Part shown: piece after piece, positions 48,333 through 58,952 of the stretch | How positions within the stretch are numbered: position 1 is the first letter of the stretch | Layout: every line of letters starts with the position of its first letter | IMG/VR virus record: IMGVR_UViG_3300037502_003770 | Span: 186,001-250,000 of that record | DNA length: 64,000 nucleotides | Strand: one strand, 5' to 3' | The notes under the pieces: model-generated | The model's database searches: none | What the model was told of the DNA's origin: nothing | Seen by the model: the letters and a program-made list of their open reading frames with translations, nothing else | Program-made: the position numbers and the translations under genes

Positions 48333-50276
48333 ATGGCATTATCAGGTAATACTAAAGCGGAAATAGGTTTTAAAAAGGCTGTTGGTGTAGCTAATACACA
48401 ATATTCTAATACTGTTGCTAGAGCGTTTAATGAAGAATCTATAAAAACAGCACCTTCTTTGAGTAGTTTTACTATTTTTGGTGAAGAAATTAATCAAAAC
48501 ATATTAAATGGTTATTCAGGTGATACTAATAGTAATGTAGGTATAGGTCTTTATTATACTGATAATGTAGTTGAGAAATTAAGACTTCCTTTAGATATAG
48601 ATACTTCTACAAATATAGGTTTAGGTCAATCACAAGCATATTACGCAAAATTACCTTCTTCTTATAGTGGAATTACTTCTTTTAGTGGAGGTACATTACT
48701 AAAAGATACATTAGGTAAATTACAAATTGTTCCACCTTTATTTGGGAATGGTTATGATTATTTATTATTAGATACACAAGCAAATGTTATACCAAAACTA
48801 TCATCTATTGATTGGTATTTAGACCCTTATAATGGTGTTTTATTTATACAATCACCACCACAAAATTTTGATTCAAATAATTTAAGACCAGGTTTTATAG
48901 AATGTTTTATTTATGCTGGTAAAATGTTAAATGAAGTAAGTCCGACAGGTTCTACAGGTGGAAACGCTTTTATTAGTAATGAATCATATAATCCTACAAC
49001 ATGGTCAGGAGATACTATATCAGGTGCTACAAGACAAGCTTTATATAATATTATAAGAACTACTTTAACAGGTTCTAGTGGGGGTGGAAACGCTTTTATT
49101 AGTAATGAATCATATAATCCTACAACATGGTCAGGAGATACTATATCAGGTGCTACAAGACAAGCTTTATATAATAAAATTAATTTAGATAATAATAATT
49201 TTATTAATTTTACAGCGAGTACAAATAGTAGGTTTAATGAAATTAATACATATACTAGTAATACTCAAACTTTATTAAATAATATTCAAACAAATAATAT
49301 TACTGGAAGTACAAATACAAACAGTAATATAAGTATTTTATCAGGTAAAACAAATAATAATTTAATATTTAGAACATTTACTGGTTTTTCAGGTATAAAT
49401 TTAAATATTGGTCCATTAAATGAAACGATTCAAATATCACCTGATTATGGTACTGGAAGTACTCAAATAGCTAGAGGAAATCATACTCACAGACCTATAG
49501 ATTTAGACTACCCAGTATTTAGTCAACCAGTTGTAAGTGGTACATCTATAGATTTTAATAATGAAGTTACAACTATTCAATTAGCTTCTAATCAAGAAAT
49601 TACTATAACAGGTTTTACAAATTTTAAACCAGGTAAATCAACTTTAATTTATGTATCTGGTCAACCTATAACTGAAACAAGTTTGAATTACTATTCAATG
49701 ATAGGTGATAGTATTTATTATGGTTACTACGTTGGTGATGTTAACATAGCTGGTAATCACCCAACATTTACACTAACATTCACAAATAATACTGTAAATA
49801 ATACAATAATAGGACAAGGAAATGTTTTAAAAGTTTTAAATAGTAATAATTTAGGTAATAGTGTAATTAATTTAACTGTAACAACACTTATGACTTCAAA
49901 TCAAGTTTCTACTATAACTGTTACAGCTAATACATCAGGTTTAGCTACAGCTAATGTTATACCTTTAATAAATACTAGCGGATTTACTAATTTTAATACT
50001 TTAAATATTATTAATAATAGATTAATTTATACAAACCAATCAATTTATAGAATAATTTCTGTTACAGATTTAGAATACAGATTTAGAGTTAATAATAGTA
50101 TATCTACATTACCATTGATTAATAATATAATATACAACACAAATAATATATTATTTAATATACCATCGTTAAATTTAATTGTTGATGGTGAATATATTAA
50201 TGGTAGTAATTCACTTATACAAATTACATGTATTAATAATAATACTTTTTTAATATCATATAGAAATAATATATAA
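48333..50276 (+). CDS. Virion structural protein, fibre-like
   Basis: 647 aa; CTATTTA at 48308-48314; internal 31-aa duplication. Confidence 0.65.
   Translation: MALSGNTKAEIGFKKAVGVANTQYSNTVARAFNEESIKTAPSLSSFTIFGEEINQNILNGYSGDTNSNVGIGLYYTDNVVEKLRLPLDIDTSTNIGLGQSQAYYAKLPSSYSGITSFSGGTLLKDTLGKLQIVPPLFGNGYDYLLLDTQANVIPKLSSIDWYLDPYNGVLFIQSPPQNFDSNNLRPGFIECFIYAGKMLNEVSPTGSTGGNAFISNESYNPTTWSGDTISGATRQALYNIIRTTLTGSSGGGNAFISNESYNPTTWSGDTISGATRQALYNKINLDNNNFINFTASTNSRFNEINTYTSNTQTLLNNIQTNNITGSTNTNSNISILSGKTNNNLIFRTFTGFSGINLNIGPLNETIQISPDYGTGSTQIARGNHTHRPIDLDYPVFSQPVVSGTSIDFNNEVTTIQLASNQEITITGFTNFKPGKSTLIYVSGQPITETSLNYYSMIGDSIYYGYYVGDVNIAGNHPTFTLTFTNNTVNNTIIGQGNVLKVLNSNNLGNSVINLTVTTLMTSNQVSTITVTANTSGLATANVIPLINTSGFTNFNTLNIINNRLIYTNQSIYRIISVTDLEYRFRVNNSISTLPLINNIIYNTNNILFNIPSLNLIVDGEYINGSNSLIQITCINNNTFLISYRNNI
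48957..49176 (+). repeat. Exact 94-bp direct repeat, period 126 bp
   Basis: 48957-49050 identical to 49083-49176 (GGNAFISNESYNPTTWSGDTISGATRQALYN twice). Confidence 0.95.
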
Positions 50277-50278
50277 TT

Positions 50279-53200
50279 ATGAATGAAATTATTAAAAATA
50301 ATGATAACATATATATGTATCCATTAAACGGTAACAATAGTTATTTTTTATTAAATAAAACTGAAAAAACTATAAAACCTATAACAAATACTAGTAATTT
50401 TAATAACGAATTTAATCTATTAAATTTTTGGTTTCAATTTGATGTAAATAATTTTAATACTGAACAAACTATTATATCTTTATCGGGTGAAATTAATAGT
50501 GCTTCTGGTTTAAGGATTTATAAAGATACTGATAATATTATTAAAGTAAGAGTATCAACAGATTTGGGTGGTGGTCAAACATATATTAAAGTGAATAATT
50601 TAATTACCGCAACATTTAATAAATTATATTGTATAATATTACATAGGGATACTGTTGGTTATAAAATTGTAATAATGTATGATAATATTATTTATAATAC
50701 TTCAGTTTTTAGACAAACTATTATAAATAATAATAATATAAGATTTGATAATACTAATAGTAACATAAATAATACAAGTAATTTTTTATCATTTAATATC
50801 TTTACTAGATATATATTTGGTTCAAATATAGGTGGTATTACTAATATTTTTAATGAAAATAGCCCAAATATCTCTAATAATATACCAGGGGTAAGTAATT
50901 TTATTGTTAATCACTCAATAAATTTATTATCCCAAACTACTAATATGGTAGGTTTTATAAGTAATATTAATTTCATTAAATTATATTACAATAATAATAT
51001 TACAATAGATAATAAAACATTATTTAATGAAATATATAATATACTCTATAATAATAATATACCTAAAAAACTTAATAATATTAATAAATATAATTTAGGT
51101 AAATTAGAGTTTGATTTTGATAAAAATATTAAAATTAATGAAAATTTATTTATACATAAACAAAACATTGATGTAATAAATGTTAATCGTGAACAAGGTA
51201 CTTTAGATTATAACACATATATAAATAGAAATAAATATTTTGGTACAATAAATAACACTTCGATTGATAAAAGACCTATGTATTTTTATGATACTAATCC
51301 AGATGCAAATTTAAGTAATTATATATATCCTGAAATGGGTAATATAGTAATAAATAATTTATTAACTGGTTCAACATCAACTATTAGTAATTTTAATATA
51401 AAAGATAAAGATAATAATACTTTATTACATAATAATATAAATAATATTACAATTAATAATTCAAATATTACAGACTCGACTATTAGTGGTTCCGTTTATA
51501 ATTTTATAATTAGAAATATACCAGCAAATAACTCATTATGGAAATTAGATTATACATTTATACCGTTAGATAATAATAGAGTTTCACCAAATTTTTGGTT
51601 TAACAATGCAAGATTATCTGATTTTGTATTTGAACATACTAATCAATTAGGTAAGTTAAATATACAATATTTATCATTAAGTAATAATAATTTCGCTTCT
51701 ACATCTAAAACTACAATAAAAACACTTTTTCATGAAAAAAATAATATTACATTTGATAATTTATATATTAATAATAGTATAATAAGATTTGATGAAAATA
51801 TTAATTCAAGTTACAGTATTAATACAGCTAATATTAATTTAAATAATAATTTAAGAAATTCAACAGGTACATATTCTTTTAATAATAACCATTTAACACC
51901 TATAGGTAATAGTGCTTTTACTGTAAATTTTAGTGGTAATTGTACTAATTTTTATTGGGAAAATAATAATTTAACTAAAATAGAAGGTCAAGGTGTTGTT
52001 GATTTAAATTTTGTTTTTACACCAGTAACACAAAAACAATTAGGTTTATTTAATGTTAATAACTCAAATATAAGAAGTTTAACATTAACATCTACAAGAA
52101 GTGATTCAACATTAATTAATAATTCAACAACTAACGGATTTAATATATCTAATAACTTATATAATACAGGTTTTACTGAATTTTTTAATACATTATCTTT
52201 AAATAATTTCAATAATTTAGACCAGTTAAATATTAGTAATTCAGGTTTATATGGTTCTTTTGATTGGAATAATTACAGTATTAGGCAAAGATTTGGTAAT
52301 TTTAATAATGCTAATAGTACATTAAATTTTGGTTTAAATACATTCCATAGATTTATATCTTTACCATCAGCTAGAACACTAAATTTTACTACAACAAATG
52401 ATTATAGTTTAAATAATTTTAAATTAGAAACTTCTCAAATAGATTCAAGAAATTATACTGGTACTACATTATCTTTTTCAAGTAATAGTTGTACTTTTTT
52501 AAATGTTGATGATAATGATATTAAAGAAAGAATCACATTTTCAAGTAATGTAAATAATTTAAGTATAAATAATCCTGATTCAAATGTATTATCTTTTACT
52601 GGTTCACCTAAATATACATATCAATTAGAATTTAATCAACCAAATTTATTAAATTTAACTACATTAGATTTATCACCAAAATTTCCTACAAATCCAATTT
52701 ATAATACATGTTATTTTAATGGTAATTTAATATTTAATAATTCATTATATTCAACAAGTTATAATATTAATACTTCAAATGTTGGTTATAATCAATACTT
52801 CTTATCAGGAAATACGTTTTTACAAAATACTGTTGGTTTAATTATACCTCAAAATATTACAGGTAATAGTATTAATTTTATTGGTTCAACTGGAATACAT
52901 TTGAATAATTTAACAGGAAATACCACTTTAATATTAAATTCTTCTAATTCAAATTTAACTGGTATTACATTTCAAACAGCTGGTACTTGTACTATTACTT
53001 CGTTTAATATATCTAATACACCTATATTAAATTTAAATATACCTAGTAATAATAGAATATCTTCAGGTGTATTTAACGCAGTAAATTTACCATATATTAA
53101 TTCAAATACTGGTTATACATTTCCTTTGGGTGATATTATACAATCACTTACAATAAATATAGGTTCAACAATTCAAACATCTACATTTGTATTAAATAAT

Positions 53201-53581
53201 TCTTCACAATTACAAAATGTTTTTAGCGGTAATACTTATTATTTAAATCAACAAATGGAACCTATACAAGTATTAAACCATTTAGAAAAAATATATAATA
53301 ATGGTGTACCTTATACTGGTACTGGTTGGCAATTTGGTACTAGTACAGTACAAACATCAGTAAAAACATTAAATATTAATACATTTAAAATAACCAATAA
53401 AGCTTTATCATCAATACCAACTGGTTTTACATTTAATGGTTCAGATGGTACGTTTACTACACCTAATTCACCAGCTAATATATTAACTAGGATTGGCGAG
53501 CTTCGTTATGTTTTAACAACACAAAGAGCGTCAGGTGGTACATCTACAAATTTAAGATATAGATGGTTTATAAATTTATAA
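50279..53581 (+). CDS. Large Asn-rich virion protein with LRR/beta-solenoid-like segments; candidate receptor-binding protein
   Basis: 1100 aa; recurring LxL/IxxNx[LI] segments (LSLSNNNF, FYWENNNL, LNISNSGL, FNISNTPI). Confidence 0.55.
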   Translation: MNEIIKNNDNIYMYPLNGNNSYFLLNKTEKTIKPITNTSNFNNEFNLLNFWFQFDVNNFNTEQTIISLSGEINSASGLRIYKDTDNIIKVRVSTDLGGGQTYIKVNNLITATFNKLYCIILHRDTVGYKIVIMYDNIIYNTSVFRQTIINNNNIRFDNTNSNINNTSNFLSFNIFTRYIFGSNIGGITNIFNENSPNISNNIPGVSNFIVNHSINLLSQTTNMVGFISNINFIKLYYNNNITIDNKTLFNEIYNILYNNNIPKKLNNINKYNLGKLEFDFDKNIKINENLFIHKQNIDVINVNREQGTLDYNTYINRNKYFGTINNTSIDKRPMYFYDTNPDANLSNYIYPEMGNIVINNLLTGSTSTISNFNIKDKDNNTLLHNNINNITINNSNITDSTISGSVYNFIIRNIPANNSLWKLDYTFIPLDNNRVSPNFWFNNARLSDFVFEHTNQLGKLNIQYLSLSNNNFASTSKTTIKTLFHEKNNITFDNLYINNSIIRFDENINSSYSINTANINLNNNLRNSTGTYSFNNNHLTPIGNSAFTVNFSGNCTNFYWENNNLTKIEGQGVVDLNFVFTPVTQKQLGLFNVNNSNIRSLTLTSTRSDSTLINNSTTNGFNISNNLYNTGFTEFFNTLSLNNFNNLDQLNISNSGLYGSFDWNNYSIRQRFGNFNNANSTLNFGLNTFHRFISLPSARTLNFTTTNDYSLNNFKLETSQIDSRNYTGTTLSFSSNSCTFLNVDDNDIKERITFSSNVNNLSINNPDSNVLSFTGSPKYTYQLEFNQPNLLNLTTLDLSPKFPTNPIYNTCYFNGNLIFNNSLYSTSYNINTSNVGYNQYFLSGNTFLQNTVGLIIPQNITGNSINFIGSTGIHLNNLTGNTTLILNSSNSNLTGITFQTAGTCTITSFNISNTPILNLNIPSNNRISSGVFNAVNLPYINSNTGYTFPLGDIIQSLTINIGSTIQTSTFVLNNSSQLQNVFSGNTYYLNQQMEPIQVLNHLEKIYNNGVPYTGTGWQFGTSTVQTSVKTLNINTFKITNKALSSIPTGFTFNGSDGTFTTPNSPANILTRIGELRYVLTTQRASGGTSTNLRYRWFINL

Positions 53582-53610
53582 TACTATTTATAAATATAAT
53601 TCTAAATAAA

Positions 53611-54015
53611 ATGAAATTAAAAAAATATAAAAGGTTAGATAAAACATCTAAAATAGAAGAAGGTTTGATAGACCCTGAAACATTTTCTTATAATAGAAGT
53701 AGTGTTCCATCAGACGGAACTGCCGAAATTAAATCTATTAAGACAACTGATGATTTAGCAAATATGACTAAGCAAGGACCTGATTTATATTTTAATTATT
53801 ATGGTACAAATGCTATGGGTTCGAGAGCTATCTTCTTTGAAGAAGAGGATTTAGTAAATGAAGAATTAATAGATAAAGATGATAATATTGATGAAGAAAT
53901 GTTAAAACTAATAGATAAAATTGGTGATTATTTAGAAACATACGAAGGTAATAAAAAACAAAAATTAAATAAGATATTAAAAAATATATCAAATAAAATA
54001 AAAGAAACTTTATGA
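53611..54015 (+). CDS. Hypothetical protein (start revised from 53563)
   Basis: CTATTTA at 53584-53590 sits 20 nt before ATG 53611, favouring that start. Confidence 0.65.
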   Translation: MKLKKYKRLDKTSKIEEGLIDPETFSYNRSSVPSDGTAEIKSIKTTDDLANMTKQGPDLYFNYYGTNAMGSRAIFFEEEDLVNEELIDKDDNIDEEMLKLIDKIGDYLETYEGNKKQKLNKILKNISNKIKETL

Positions 54016-54404
54016 TAAACAAAGAAATTTTAATAGAAATTAATAATGATTATAAAATCAAATTCTATAATAAAAGTAATGAATTAAATAAATATTTAAG
54101 GAATAACTATATTTATGATGTAAAATTATTTTCTTTAAATGAGAGTACTAATATTTTTGATTTAAAAAAATATTTAAAAAAATATAATATAAATTATAAA
54201 TTTGATTTTACTAAAAATACTGTTATTTTATTAAACCCAGATAATGATGGTTTATATTTAATAATTAATAGATTTAAAAATGAAATTACTAATTATTTTA
54301 AATACGATTTTAAATTAGGTTTAGAAGAAAAAACAAAAGAAACAATACTAGAAAATCATGTCAAACTCAAATTTATATCAAAATCTATCTTTAAAAATTC
54401 CTAG
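54012..54404 (+). CDS. Hypothetical protein
   Basis: ATGA overlap with upstream gene. Confidence 0.6.
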   Translation: MINKEILIEINNDYKIKFYNKSNELNKYLRNNYIYDVKLFSLNESTNIFDLKKYLKKYNINYKFDFTKNTVILLNPDNDGLYLIINRFKNEITNYFKYDFKLGLEEKTKETILENHVKLKFISKSIFKNS

Positions 54405-55179
54405 TAATATATTAGGTTATATTGAAAAAATAAAAGAAAATAATCCTAATCATAACGGTATTAAGAGAGCTAATTATTTATTAGATAATAAAGAATTATC
54501 ATATAGTAATGCTAAAAGAATAAAAAATTATTTTGATAGTTATAATAACTCTGAAGATAAAGATGAGATTACATATAATTTGTATGGTGGTGATTTAATG
54601 AAAAATTTTTTAAATCATAATTTAAAAATTAATAGAAAAAATGATAATACTATAAAAAATGTTAAAGGTTTGGTAGATAATAATTCACATAGAAAAAGAA
54701 AACCTGTTGATTCAAAAGTAAAAATAAATAATAATTTTAAGAAAAATGATTTTATTAGGGATTTAAAACCTAAAACAAATCTTTTTGAAAATGATAATTT
54801 ATATGAAAATTCATCTACAATTGTAGTAATTAGAAATACTGAAGGTAAAATACTTTTTTTAAGAAGAGCTGATGATGATTATTGGATGAAATCTCATTGG
54901 GGTTATCCTGGTGGAATGATTGATGAGGGTGAAACACCTATTCAGGCGGCTATTAGAGAAACTTATGAAGAAGCTGGTTTAGTTGTTTCTGATATTAAAT
55001 TTGTAACAGAATTATCATCAAATGGAACAAAACTTTATATTTTTAAAGGAACTACTGAAAATGAAAATGTTAAAATTTCACATGAACATTCAGAATATAA
55101 ATGGATTTCTATTGAAGAAATAAATAATTTAGATAAGAAAACACCTAATATCGAAAGAATAGCTATTCTAACTAGATAA
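54358..55179 (+). CDS. Nudix hydrolase with N-terminal extension
   Basis: Nudix box GGMIDEGETPIQAAIRETYEEAGL, WGYPGG, SHEHSEYKW. Confidence 0.9.
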   Translation: MSNSNLYQNLSLKIPSNILGYIEKIKENNPNHNGIKRANYLLDNKELSYSNAKRIKNYFDSYNNSEDKDEITYNLYGGDLMKNFLNHNLKINRKNDNTIKNVKGLVDNNSHRKRKPVDSKVKINNNFKKNDFIRDLKPKTNLFENDNLYENSSTIVVIRNTEGKILFLRRADDDYWMKSHWGYPGGMIDEGETPIQAAIRETYEEAGLVVSDIKFVTELSSNGTKLYIFKGTTENENVKISHEHSEYKWISIEEINNLDKKTPNIERIAILTR

Positions 55180-58100
55180 AAGGTGTCTTTATTAAAAATG
55201 TATTTGAGTAACTATATGTGGTTGCTGTTGTATTAAAACTACTTAGGTAGTTTTTTTCTATTTTAACTCTATATAAATATTGTTCACCTAAAGTAAGTGG
55301 TGTATTATTAAAATTAATAGAATCGCTAAAATTATTCAAATTATTTACTGGAATTGTTCTAGTTAATGAATATAAAGTACTACCTGTTAAAGTGGTATTA
55401 TTTTTATTATAAAATTCATGGGTATAATTTACAACATATTTATTAGAATAACTTTCATTAATATTAAAATTAAATGTAAAAGGATTTGAAGGTATATTTA
55501 CGTTTGTAAAACTATCATTAACAGTAAATATTCTATATGTAATAGAAAAATTACTATTAAGAGTTGGTATAAAATTCAATAAAATTCTATTACTAGATAA
55601 ATTATAATCTGAATTATTAGATAAAGTCAAACCATTATAAGATATAATAACATCATCATTTCCAAATATTGTATTATTTAATAAAAGAATATATTTTTCT
55701 AGTGTATTATCAAATATTATATTACTTGATACACCTGTATAAAATATATTTTCAGTAACAAAATTATTACTATTACCGTTAGTTAAATAACTTATATTTA
55801 AAACATCTTGATTAGGTATAAGAGTTTTAAATAAAATTTTATAATTGGTGTTTTGATAATCTACATTAGCGATACTAGTATCTTTAACATATTCAAAATC
55901 TTTCGCATATGTTAGACCATTTATATTAACAATAATATCACCAACAGGAATAAAACTTAAAGTAAAACTAGTTGTATTAATATTAATGGGAATAACTTCA
56001 TTATATAAAGTACTGTTACTATTTACAGATTGCGTTTGATTATCAAAATCTAAAATAGCTCTACTAGGGTTTACGGTTGTAATTAAATAATAATCTAAAT
56101 TATCTTCATATACTACAGGAGCGGATATACTATTGGTAATATTACTTCCAGTAAATTGTAAATTTTTATTGTAATAAAGTTCTTTATTCTTATAAAATTC
56201 ATTATTAAAGTATATATTTTCATAGAAATTTTCATATGTATTAAACGGTGTTATTCTTGTAATAGTATTAGATGACGGTTGATTAATAAAATATGTATAT
56301 TTTTGTTTTATTAAAAATTCATTATCTAATAATTCATAATTATTTGTAATATTGATTCCTGTATTACCAGTAATATATAAATTATTAGTAATTGTAGGTG
56401 TAGTATTAAATGAATTAGTTTGTTCGTTAAACTTATAATATAATAAATCTAATTTAGTATTGTTATAATTATTACCACTAAAATTGAAATATAATACAGG
56501 GTTAGGATTAACAGATAAATTATGAATATAATTATTATTTGTAACAGCAGATTTAGTTATACCAGTGAACATAAAATTATATCTATTAAATATATTATTA
56601 TTAAAATTAATATTTTTATATGTATTTTTTAAAGTAAAATTACTTTTATTAAAAGAATCATTATCTAAACTAGGTGTATCTTTATCAAAAGAATCACCTT
56701 CAAAAGATAGAATTGGTATTTCTTGAATAATCTCTTTTTCATAAGATGAATCTATTGTGATAATATTTATATCATCAGAAATTTCAATAGGTTGAATATT
56801 TAAAAATTCACTACCATCATCGATGCCATGTTTATATTGAAACTTTTGTTGAGTAAAGATTGTATTTTTTATAATAGTTCCTTTACTTACTATAGTAGTG
56901 GGTGATATAAATCTTTTCACTAGGTTTTCCCATTTAAGATTTATTTTATTTATAAAGGATAATATATTTTCGTAAGTATATTTATTACCATTATCATTAT
57001 TTAAATAATCTTCATATACTTTATATAAACTAGGATAATGTTCACCTGTTTCAGAATAAATTACTTTTCTATTCTTAACAGATATATTTTTATTTAAAAC
57101 ATCTTTCAAATACTGATTAAATGTTATACCAGTAGAATTTACTTTATAAACATCATTTTCAATTAAATTAGCAATATTATAAAAAATATCAACTTCTTTT
57201 GTATTAATAACAGCTTTACTTTCTTTTTGATAAAAAGTATTATTTGTTAAAGAACTAAATGTTACTGAAGATAAATTATAAACCCAAGATTTTTTATTAT
57301 CAATAGTTTTATTTATTTTAAAACCTATATTTTTATGATTTTCAAAATATAATTCAGGGTTAACATAATCATATTGTTGAAAATAAAATTCTTGGTTATC
57401 TCTTGGAAATAACGGATAATTTTCATTATCTATAATAGGTTCACCAAAAGGAGATATTTGTTGTTCTGTTAAATCATTGATATTAACTAATTTATCTGTT
57501 AGATAAACATATTCATTTAATTGTAATAAAGCTTCTGGCGCACCAATAAAATTAAATAAACCTTTAATTACATTAGATGTACCCTTATATTTTAAAAACC
57601 AATTAGTATTGATAATTAATCTTCTCCAAAATTCTATATTTATTTCAGAAGTAGTTTTTTGAGTATTATCATTTAAATCAAAATCAAATAAATTATTAAT
57701 TATAACATCATCATCTAAAATACTTTCATATTCCCATCCTAATTCAGTTGCTAAATTTTTAACAAGTAAATCTGGGATATTTTCTATTTTATCATAAGAA
57801 ACATTTTTAATATAGGTTAAAGAATCTATAAATACTTTTACATCATCTACTAATCTACCATATGTATTTAATAATTTCTTTATTACACTATTATTAGTTC
57901 TATCAAATAATAATATGTTTTCAGGTACTAATAATCTTAAAATTAAATTACTTTTTAAATCATCATAAATTTTTGCGATAGATAATAAATTATTAACATA
58001 ATCAGTAAATCTAATACCATCAATATCAATATTATATCCATCACTTGTTAACCATATAAAATCTTTAAAAATAAATTCATAATCATTTAAATCTTCATTA

Positions 58101-58924
58101 AAGATAGGTACTTCAAAAGTAGATAAATACTTTGGTGATGTTTCTAATGATAATAAATGTTTTTCTAAAGAAGAAAAAACTCTATTATATATTTCATAAA
58201 ATTTATTATCAGTTAATTTAATATGAAATGATAAACTAACAGTTTTAAAACTAGGATTATTAAATAAATTACCTTCTACCGAAATATTTACATATCCACC
58301 TTGTTTATTATTAGTAATACCAGTAAAGTCTTTTAATTTATACGTCTGATTATTTAATAGTACTTCATAATTTTTATAATTTACAGTAATATCTCTTTCA
58401 TCTAAAAAGTCTGATTTGTTACTATAAATATTTATATTAAAATTATTAACAATATAATAAGAAGGTATTCTAAAAGAAGTAATATTATTTTGTGAATCAT
58501 ATATAATATCAAAAATATTATTAATAATGTTTTCTTCAAATACATTACTAATATAGAGTGAACCTGGAAATTTATTTATACAATTATTAATTGCTGTTCT
58601 AAAACTTTCATGTAATGAAGAAAAATATGAATAATTAGATAATTTTCTTTTATCGTTATTAATAGTTATTTTTTGAGTAAAAAGATTTATATTTTTAACC
58701 TCAGAAATATTATTAATATTAAAATCTAATAAAGATACAAATTTATCATCATCATTTGATTGAGATAACCTATATTTGTTTTCATCAAAATTTCTTGTTA
58801 TATTTGTTGTTACCTTAAATGTACCTAAATCAAATACTGTACTAGAAAATGGTGAATTAAATAAATTACCATTCGGTTGTTTATCAACAATATTTTTACC
58901 ACCTATCGATACAAATTTTTTCAC
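55172..58924 (-). CDS. Large baseplate/tail structural protein (GTG start)
   Basis: 1250 aa; WFLKYKGT...LFNFIGAP...LNEY wedge-like segment; CTATTTA (minus) at 58945-58951. Confidence 0.6.
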   Translation of the reverse strand: MKKFVSIGGKNIVDKQPNGNLFNSPFSSTVFDLGTFKVTTNITRNFDENKYRLSQSNDDDKFVSLLDFNINNISEVKNINLFTQKITINNDKRKLSNYSYFSSLHESFRTAINNCINKFPGSLYISNVFEENIINNIFDIIYDSQNNITSFRIPSYYIVNNFNINIYSNKSDFLDERDITVNYKNYEVLLNNQTYKLKDFTGITNNKQGGYVNISVEGNLFNNPSFKTVSLSFHIKLTDNKFYEIYNRVFSSLEKHLLSLETSPKYLSTFEVPIFNEDLNDYEFIFKDFIWLTSDGYNIDIDGIRFTDYVNNLLSIAKIYDDLKSNLILRLLVPENILLFDRTNNSVIKKLLNTYGRLVDDVKVFIDSLTYIKNVSYDKIENIPDLLVKNLATELGWEYESILDDDVIINNLFDFDLNDNTQKTTSEINIEFWRRLIINTNWFLKYKGTSNVIKGLFNFIGAPEALLQLNEYVYLTDKLVNINDLTEQQISPFGEPIIDNENYPLFPRDNQEFYFQQYDYVNPELYFENHKNIGFKINKTIDNKKSWVYNLSSVTFSSLTNNTFYQKESKAVINTKEVDIFYNIANLIENDVYKVNSTGITFNQYLKDVLNKNISVKNRKVIYSETGEHYPSLYKVYEDYLNNDNGNKYTYENILSFINKINLKWENLVKRFISPTTIVSKGTIIKNTIFTQQKFQYKHGIDDGSEFLNIQPIEISDDINIITIDSSYEKEIIQEIPILSFEGDSFDKDTPSLDNDSFNKSNFTLKNTYKNINFNNNIFNRYNFMFTGITKSAVTNNNYIHNLSVNPNPVLYFNFSGNNYNNTKLDLLYYKFNEQTNSFNTTPTITNNLYITGNTGINITNNYELLDNEFLIKQKYTYFINQPSSNTITRITPFNTYENFYENIYFNNEFYKNKELYYNKNLQFTGSNITNSISAPVVYEDNLDYYLITTVNPSRAILDFDNQTQSVNSNSTLYNEVIPININTTSFTLSFIPVGDIIVNINGLTYAKDFEYVKDTSIANVDYQNTNYKILFKTLIPNQDVLNISYLTNGNSNNFVTENIFYTGVSSNIIFDNTLEKYILLLNNTIFGNDDVIISYNGLTLSNNSDYNLSSNRILLNFIPTLNSNFSITYRIFTVNDSFTNVNIPSNPFTFNFNINESYSNKYVVNYTHEFYNKNNTTLTGSTLYSLTRTIPVNNLNNFSDSINFNNTPLTLGEQYLYRVKIEKNYLSSFNTTATTYSYSNTFLIKTPFI

Positions 58925-58952
58925 TTAGTAAATCCTATTTTTAGTAAATAGA

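Noticed and set aside
48957-49176. Diversity-generating retroelement template/variable repeat pair
   Set aside because: Copies are identical (no adenine-specific mismatches), both in frame in one gene, and no reverse transcriptase is in the window.
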